From Cyanobacteria bacterium P01_D01_bin.156 (GTDB lineage Bacteria > Cyanobacteriota > Cyanobacteriia > Phormidesmidales > Phormidesmidaceae): a stretch of 33,316 nt of DNA. The DNA is taken from positions 1-33,316 of the forward strand of contig JBCCQQ010000065.1 of assembly GCA_039024555.1 (NCBI GenBank), written 5' to 3'. Shown here piece after piece: positions 28,914-33,316 of the stretch. Under the pieces are notes generated by a model. The model was not told the DNA's origin, did no database searches, and saw nothing but the letters and a program-made list of their open reading frames with translations. Position 1 is the first letter of the stretch. Every line of letters begins with the position of its first letter. The translations under genes were made by a program, and so were the position numbers.

Positions 28914-29511
28914 GAGCAACGCGAGTATTTTTCATGAGGTTTTCAGAGAAGAAGAGCACATACCTCAACCAGAGAACTTACAGGCTATCTGGTAAATTTG
29001 ATGAACTCCTAGAACCAGGCTCAGCCTGGCGAAACGTAAACTGTCCAACATTCGCATTAGCCACAATTAAGCAACTCAGCAAATTGAGAAACATAGGCTT
29101 GCGTTTTCACCCACCAACCACGTGCTCTTATTCAAACACCTTGATAGATAATCGAATATGGCAACTGGGATTCTCAAGCCACACGGAATAGAATTTATCG
29201 TTATTTTATAAAGAAAGATTATTCTGCATACTTCATAGCTCAGACTTCGACCGTTATATCGTGCGATCAAGCGGATTTTTTGCCTGATTTGCCTTCATAG
29301 GCTTCACCATACCTTTACATTAATACTCATGTATAAATTAGTACTTATGATCGTACGTCCTTGTTAAGAAAAACGCCGTTGCTGATTTATAGGATGGACC
29401 GATCTGACGATGTTCTGCTGTGCCAGACTCTTTCAGAAAAAATTATCCTGAGGAGCAGCAACGCCCTATTTAATTTATAGTAGCTCCGTTGTCCAGGCCT
29501 ACAAAATTCCC

Positions 29512-30216
29512 ATGCCCGTTGATACTTGGTTTCCTCTGGCGGTGTATTACGAAGACCTTGCGGATGCCAACCTGCATAAAAAGAGGCTGATGGATGCTGC
29601 ATTGCAGCTAGAGCAGGATGGCTATGAACGTCGTGCATTTCCAGAAATGGCTTGGACCGGTGACTTGCATGGGGCGGAGCAAATTCACACTGATCCACAA
29701 TTTTCTTGGATTGTGGGCCAGGTGGAAGTGCATGTGCATCAGTATTTGAAAATGCTGGGTCTGGATCTTAGCCAAATTGATCTCTATATTCAGAGGGCTT
29801 GGCCTGTGATTTCTCGCTATCAGCAGGAGGTGGGTTCTCACTGCCATAATACGTCCCATGTTAGTGCTGTGTACTATGTTTCGGTGCCAAACTCGGGCAG
29901 TGATGAGGCGGGTAGTTTAGTGTTTTTTGATGATGCGCGGCCTAATGAGGTGAGTCCTGGGGTGGGCAGTGAAAATACAAATATTGTTGTGGATTGGAAT
30001 GCTCTAAATCAAGAACAGGCGATGTATGAGCCTACAGAGGGGCGGTTGATTTTGTTTCCGTCGAAACAGCGCCATGGGGTGACGATGAACCATACGGAAG
30101 GAGAACGGATTTCTCTTTCGTTTGATATTGTGTTGGCGGCGAAGCCGGGAAATGCGGCAGGAAGCTATGAGTTTTTATTGCCGCCGCCGGAACAGTGGAA
30201 GAAGTTTGGTCGGTAG
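29512..30216 (+). CDS. Putative 2OG-Fe(II) oxygenase (TIGR02466-like)
   Basis: WFP N-terminus, HCH....SAVYYV, LILFPSKQRHGV, RISLSFD. Confidence 0.85.
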   Translation: MPVDTWFPLAVYYEDLADANLHKKRLMDAALQLEQDGYERRAFPEMAWTGDLHGAEQIHTDPQFSWIVGQVEVHVHQYLKMLGLDLSQIDLYIQRAWPVISRYQQEVGSHCHNTSHVSAVYYVSVPNSGSDEAGSLVFFDDARPNEVSPGVGSENTNIVVDWNALNQEQAMYEPTEGRLILFPSKQRHGVTMNHTEGERISLSFDIVLAAKPGNAAGSYEFLLPPPEQWKKFGR

Positions 30217-30267
30217 GGTGTGCATCGCGCACCATTCGATATTACAGCGATTCTCCAATCAGCTCAA

Positions 30268-30837
30268 TTATGCATCCATAAAACCTTTGAGGGCAGCAAC
30301 CACGGGTTTAACTACTGGATGATCGATAGCTTCTTCTAGAGCGGTGCTTCCACCTTCTTTAAGAGCATTGATGACTCGGACTTTAAGGGTGGGATTGTTG
30401 TCAACGGATTCCACAAGTTTGGCTGTCATCATGGTTTGGCCGACAGGTGTGGTAGCGTCGTAGTCGGTTTCGAGCTGGGTCAGTAATTCTTTAATGTCTT
30501 TGGCAGCTTGGGCAAGGTCTTGGCTGTTGTTGATTTGGGTGTTGATTTTGTCCCCCATAACCTTATCGCCTCCGATGTTGTCGCCGGAGCCATATTGGTG
30601 GATAGTGTTGCCCATGATTAACTCTCCTGGTGTGTAAATTAGCTTGAGTACTTGGTTGGTATGGAGGGGAAGCATAGCGTAGGTTTGGCCATGATCATCG
30701 CTGAATTCGACTTCGTAGACATCAGCGGCTAATTCTTCGATAAGGGTGCCGACTTGGCCAGCCGTGAGATTGTGTTCGGGGAGGTCGTCTTTAAGGGTAA
30801 TGACGTCGAGTGGCTGTAGGTTGACTAGTGAATTCAT
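30268..30837 (-). CDS. DUF4926-like domain fused to a G/N/D-rich motif and a helical domain
   Basis: LDVITLKDDLPEHNL.AGQVGTLIE...YEVEFSDDHG.TYAML; then MGNTIHQYGSGDNIGGDKV; then QDLAQAAKDIKELL...NPTLKVRVINALKEGG. Confidence 0.8.
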   Translation of the reverse strand: MNSLVNLQPLDVITLKDDLPEHNLTAGQVGTLIEELAADVYEVEFSDDHGQTYAMLPLHTNQVLKLIYTPGELIMGNTIHQYGSGDNIGGDKVMGDKINTQINNSQDLAQAAKDIKELLTQLETDYDATTPVGQTMMTAKLVESVDNNPTLKVRVINALKEGGSTALEEAIDHPVVKPVVAALKGFMDA

Positions 30838-30880
30838 TGGGAGTGGTTGGTTACTCTCAGGATAGCGTTAGATTTTACTT

Positions 30881-33175
30881 TTACGTGCCTGTTTTATTCC
30901 CTTCTACTAAGTCTCCCGCAACATTGTCGCCGTCACCCTGTTGGATGATTTTAGTAGGAGTGTTAGTAACGGAAATGTTGACTCCGTCGCTAGAGTTGTC
31001 TACGTTAACACCTTTGCGTCGAAGAATTCGGGTGTCCATGGACTCATATCCATTAAGGAGCTGGCGTAGGTTGAGTTTGAGCTTGAGTTTCCCAATGACA
31101 ACATTTTGTTCACCCATGTCTTCTAGGCCAAGCAGTTCTTGATAATCGAGGGGGGGATGGTCAGAATGATCAGGGACTGGCACCCATTCGCTAGGTTTGG
31201 CAAAGTTGGCATGAATTTTTTTGAATGTGTCGCGGATGAGACCCAGAAATAGCCTACGGGTGGATTCTTTGCCGCTGATGGCGATAAAGATTTTGTTGTC
31301 GGCGGGGTCGGCTTTGATGCGAGCGATGTTGTAGACTTCGTCACCCTCTGTGTAGGCGAGCATGACACCGCTGCGCCAATAGGTTTGCTGGTGGATTTTG
31401 TCGTGCATCAACACAATAAATCGGGATATAACGCTATCGGGTAAGATAGTGTAGTGATACTGAAACTCTAAAGGGTCGCCTTCTAATCCTGTTTCTTTAG
31501 GTTCCTCTTTAGGTAAAATGCCGGGGATTAGGTAGCGATCAGGTTTACATTCAGGTAGCTGAAAACAGAGTTGGAACTCTTGCATCAGTTCAATGAGATA
31601 AGTATGTCGCTGCTCTGGATAGCGAGCGGTGGGGAGGATGCGTGTGAGGTCGGCTAGGGAGAGTTGGCCTTTAGACTCGGTTTTTAGGTCGTCATCGCTG
31701 AGTAGGGTGTAGATGCCGGTGGTGACCCAGTCTGGGTTGAGGACATTAGTGTGTTTTAGCAGGGGATGGTCGCTGTAGTTGAGCACCAGACCCAGATTAT
31801 GGAGTAAGTTGATTAACTGAGTCTGGTCTTTTTCTTCTTCGATGCCTTGCTGGTCGCAGATACTTTCATATTTGGAGTATTTGATAAAGTCTTTATCTAA
31901 GTTTTCAAGTTGTTCTTTGACTTCAAACCAAGAGAGAGGTAATAGGTCATAGACTTCTTTGAGTTGACCCACCTCTTGGAGGATGGCCTGGTTAAGGTCG
32001 TCAATGCCAGTCCCTTTGAAACAAGAGGTTTCAATGATGGCTTTTATATTTGGATATTTTTCTCGCAAGGCTTTACGGTTGATATCGAGGGGCTGCTCAT
32101 CGCGCTTGTTGCCGACGATGATAACAGGGGCATTATCGCCGAAACTTTTGATCAGCTTTAGCCAGTAGTCCAGGCGATTTTCCTCTTCACTGGTGCGGCA
32201 GTTGCAGACGAGCAGGTAGAGACTGCGCTTGGTGAGGAAGAACTGGTGGGTAGCATGGTAGATTTCTTGACCACCAAAGTCCCACACATTGAGGCGAACG
32301 TCCTTAGTATTAACGCTGATTTTCCAATTAGTAACATTGAGCCCATCGGTTTGTTCTTCATTGGGATTAAAGCGATTCTTAATAAGACGGTTGATTAGGG
32401 AAGTTTTACCAACGCTACCTTGACCGACAAGAATCAGTTTCGCTTCATTAAGAGGACGTACATCACCGCTGCGAAGCTGACGGCAATAATTAAAAACTCT
32501 CTCAGCGTTTTTGGACTTAGTAAAACCTGATAAAATTTCTGGCGAAATAGGAAGAGGATTATCAATCAAATAAAAAAGTGTAAGGTTTGAGAGAGTTTCC
32601 AAGCTTTCGGGAATATTTTTGATTTTATTTTGACCAAGAGCAAGCTGTTTTAAAGAAGTTAGTTTTGCTAGAGAGTCTGGAATGACCGTGATCTGGTTCC
32701 TATGAAGAAAGAGTACTTGTAGCGCAGTGAGCTTTGCTATAGAGTCTGGAATCTTTATGATTCGATTCTGATAAAGACGGAGGATTTTAAGAGAGGCAAG
32801 CTGAGCTAAGGAATCTGGGATGACCGTGATTTGGTTCGAGCTGAGGTTGAGCTGTTGTAGAGAGGCAAGCTGAGCTAAGGAATCTGGGATGACCGTGATT
32901 TGATTCGAGCTGAGGTAGAGCTGTTGTAGAGAGGCAAGCTGAGCTAAGGAATCTGGGATGACCGTGATTTGGTTCGAGCTGAGGTCGAGCTGTCGTAGCT
33001 TTTGTAAGTTTCTTACATCTTCAGATATTTCAGTTAGCTCACTAGTTAAGACTATTAGAGTTTCTAACTGGGTTAGAGTAGCAACCTCACTTGGTAGTGT
33101 TTCCCAAGGGTTACCGCTGAGGTCTAAATAATTCAGATTATGTAGCCTCTTGATATTGCTTGGTAGGCTTGTCAA
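30881..33175 (-). CDS. LRR-Roc-COR (Roco) GTPase, 5' end interrupted by IS
   Basis: 23-aa LRRs, GQGSVGKTS, WDFGGQ, GNKRD, COR; the ORF begins mid-LRR (LTSLPSNI) right beside the IS end. Confidence 0.9.
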   Translation of the reverse strand: MTSLPSNIKRLHNLNYLDLSGNPWETLPSEVATLTQLETLIVLTSELTEISEDVRNLQKLRQLDLSSNQITVIPDSLAQLASLQQLYLSSNQITVIPDSLAQLASLQQLNLSSNQITVIPDSLAQLASLKILRLYQNRIIKIPDSIAKLTALQVLFLHRNQITVIPDSLAKLTSLKQLALGQNKIKNIPESLETLSNLTLFYLIDNPLPISPEILSGFTKSKNAERVFNYCRQLRSGDVRPLNEAKLILVGQGSVGKTSLINRLIKNRFNPNEEQTDGLNVTNWKISVNTKDVRLNVWDFGGQEIYHATHQFFLTKRSLYLLVCNCRTSEEENRLDYWLKLIKSFGDNAPVIIVGNKRDEQPLDINRKALREKYPNIKAIIETSCFKGTGIDDLNQAILQEVGQLKEVYDLLPLSWFEVKEQLENLDKDFIKYSKYESICDQQGIEEEKDQTQLINLLHNLGLVLNYSDHPLLKHTNVLNPDWVTTGIYTLLSDDDLKTESKGQLSLADLTRILPTARYPEQRHTYLIELMQEFQLCFQLPECKPDRYLIPGILPKEEPKETGLEGDPLEFQYHYTILPDSVISRFIVLMHDKIHQQTYWRSGVMLAYTEGDEVYNIARIKADPADNKIFIAISGKESTRRLFLGLIRDTFKKIHANFAKPSEWVPVPDHSDHPPLDYQELLGLEDMGEQNVVIGKLKLKLNLRQLLNGYESMDTRILRRKGVNVDNSSDGVNISVTNTPTKIIQQGDGDNVAGDLVEGNKTGT
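32792..32998 (-). repeat. Three near-identical 69-bp tandem repeats encoding LRRs
   Basis: Units 32792-32860, 32861-32929 and 32930-32998 encode L(R/Q)QL(D/Y/N)LSSNQITVIPDSLAQLAS. Confidence 0.92.
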
Positions 33176-33176
33176 C

Positions 33177-33316
33177 GGGACTGTACAGAATTTTGTGTAA
33201 GCGATCTATCATCCATGTACATCAGGAGATCGCCCCATGGCCCGCAAGAAAAAAGAACCGAACCGCGTTGATGACTTACTAGACGAACTGCTGGAAGACT
33301 GCGCTACCCCGGAGGA
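33177..33316 (+). mobile_element. IS256-family insertion sequence, left end (runs off window)
   Basis: End sequence GGGACTGTACAGAATTTTGTGTAAG resembles IS256-family terminal repeats; transposase-like ORF follows. Confidence 0.8.
33237..33316 (+). CDS. IS256-family transposase N-terminus (partial)
   Basis: AGGAG RBS then MARKKKEPNRVDDLLDELLEDCATPE. Confidence 0.75.
   Translation, partial: MARKKKEPNRVDDLLDELLEDCATPE

Noticed and set aside
28934..29270. ORFs 28934-29191 and 29076-29270 as additional precursors
   Set aside because: No YxxP leader or Thr-2 pattern and no clear RBS; likely divergent promoter DNA
29440..29511. N-terminal extension of the oxygenase, suggested by three synonymous-looking differences between copies (AYKIP)
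   Set aside because: An in-frame stop lies upstream with no start codon, and MPVDTWFP looks like a natural start; too few sites to support it
32792..32998. Repeat array as CRISPR or DGR template
   Set aside because: The units are in-frame 69-bp coding LRRs with no spacers, and there is no reverse transcriptase in the window

Overview
Cyanobacterial chromosome window (HIP1 GCGATCGC sites, beta-carboxysome genes). Bases 1-21,000 are mostly core or housekeeping genes: cupin, GNAT, P450, pterin-carbinolamine dehydratase, psbP, maf, a Cu+ P-type ATPase, the ndhF4-ndhD4-cupB CO2-uptake genes divergent from ccmK2K1LMNO, a DM13 protein, and PspA-like and OmpA-domain genes. Bases 21,100-33,316 are an accessory region with three notable parts. 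(1) A complete lasso-peptide cluster (B1-B2-cyclase-precursor-HPr-like kinase-ABC exporter-nucleotidyltransferase). Its 58-aa precursor at 25896-26072 is missing from the ORF track and predicts a 35-aa core with two tail cysteines and a C-terminal Ser. (2) The cluster is bracketed by direct-repeat copies of a 2OG-Fe(II) oxygenase gene, one intact and one decayed. (3) An LRR-Roc-COR (Roco) gene, cut at its 5' end by an IS256-like element, whose C-terminal G/N/D-rich motif recurs at protein level in the next gene. That arrangement suggests an amyloid-like or homotypic receptor-effector signalling pair. All family assignments come from motifs read by eye; no database searches were run.
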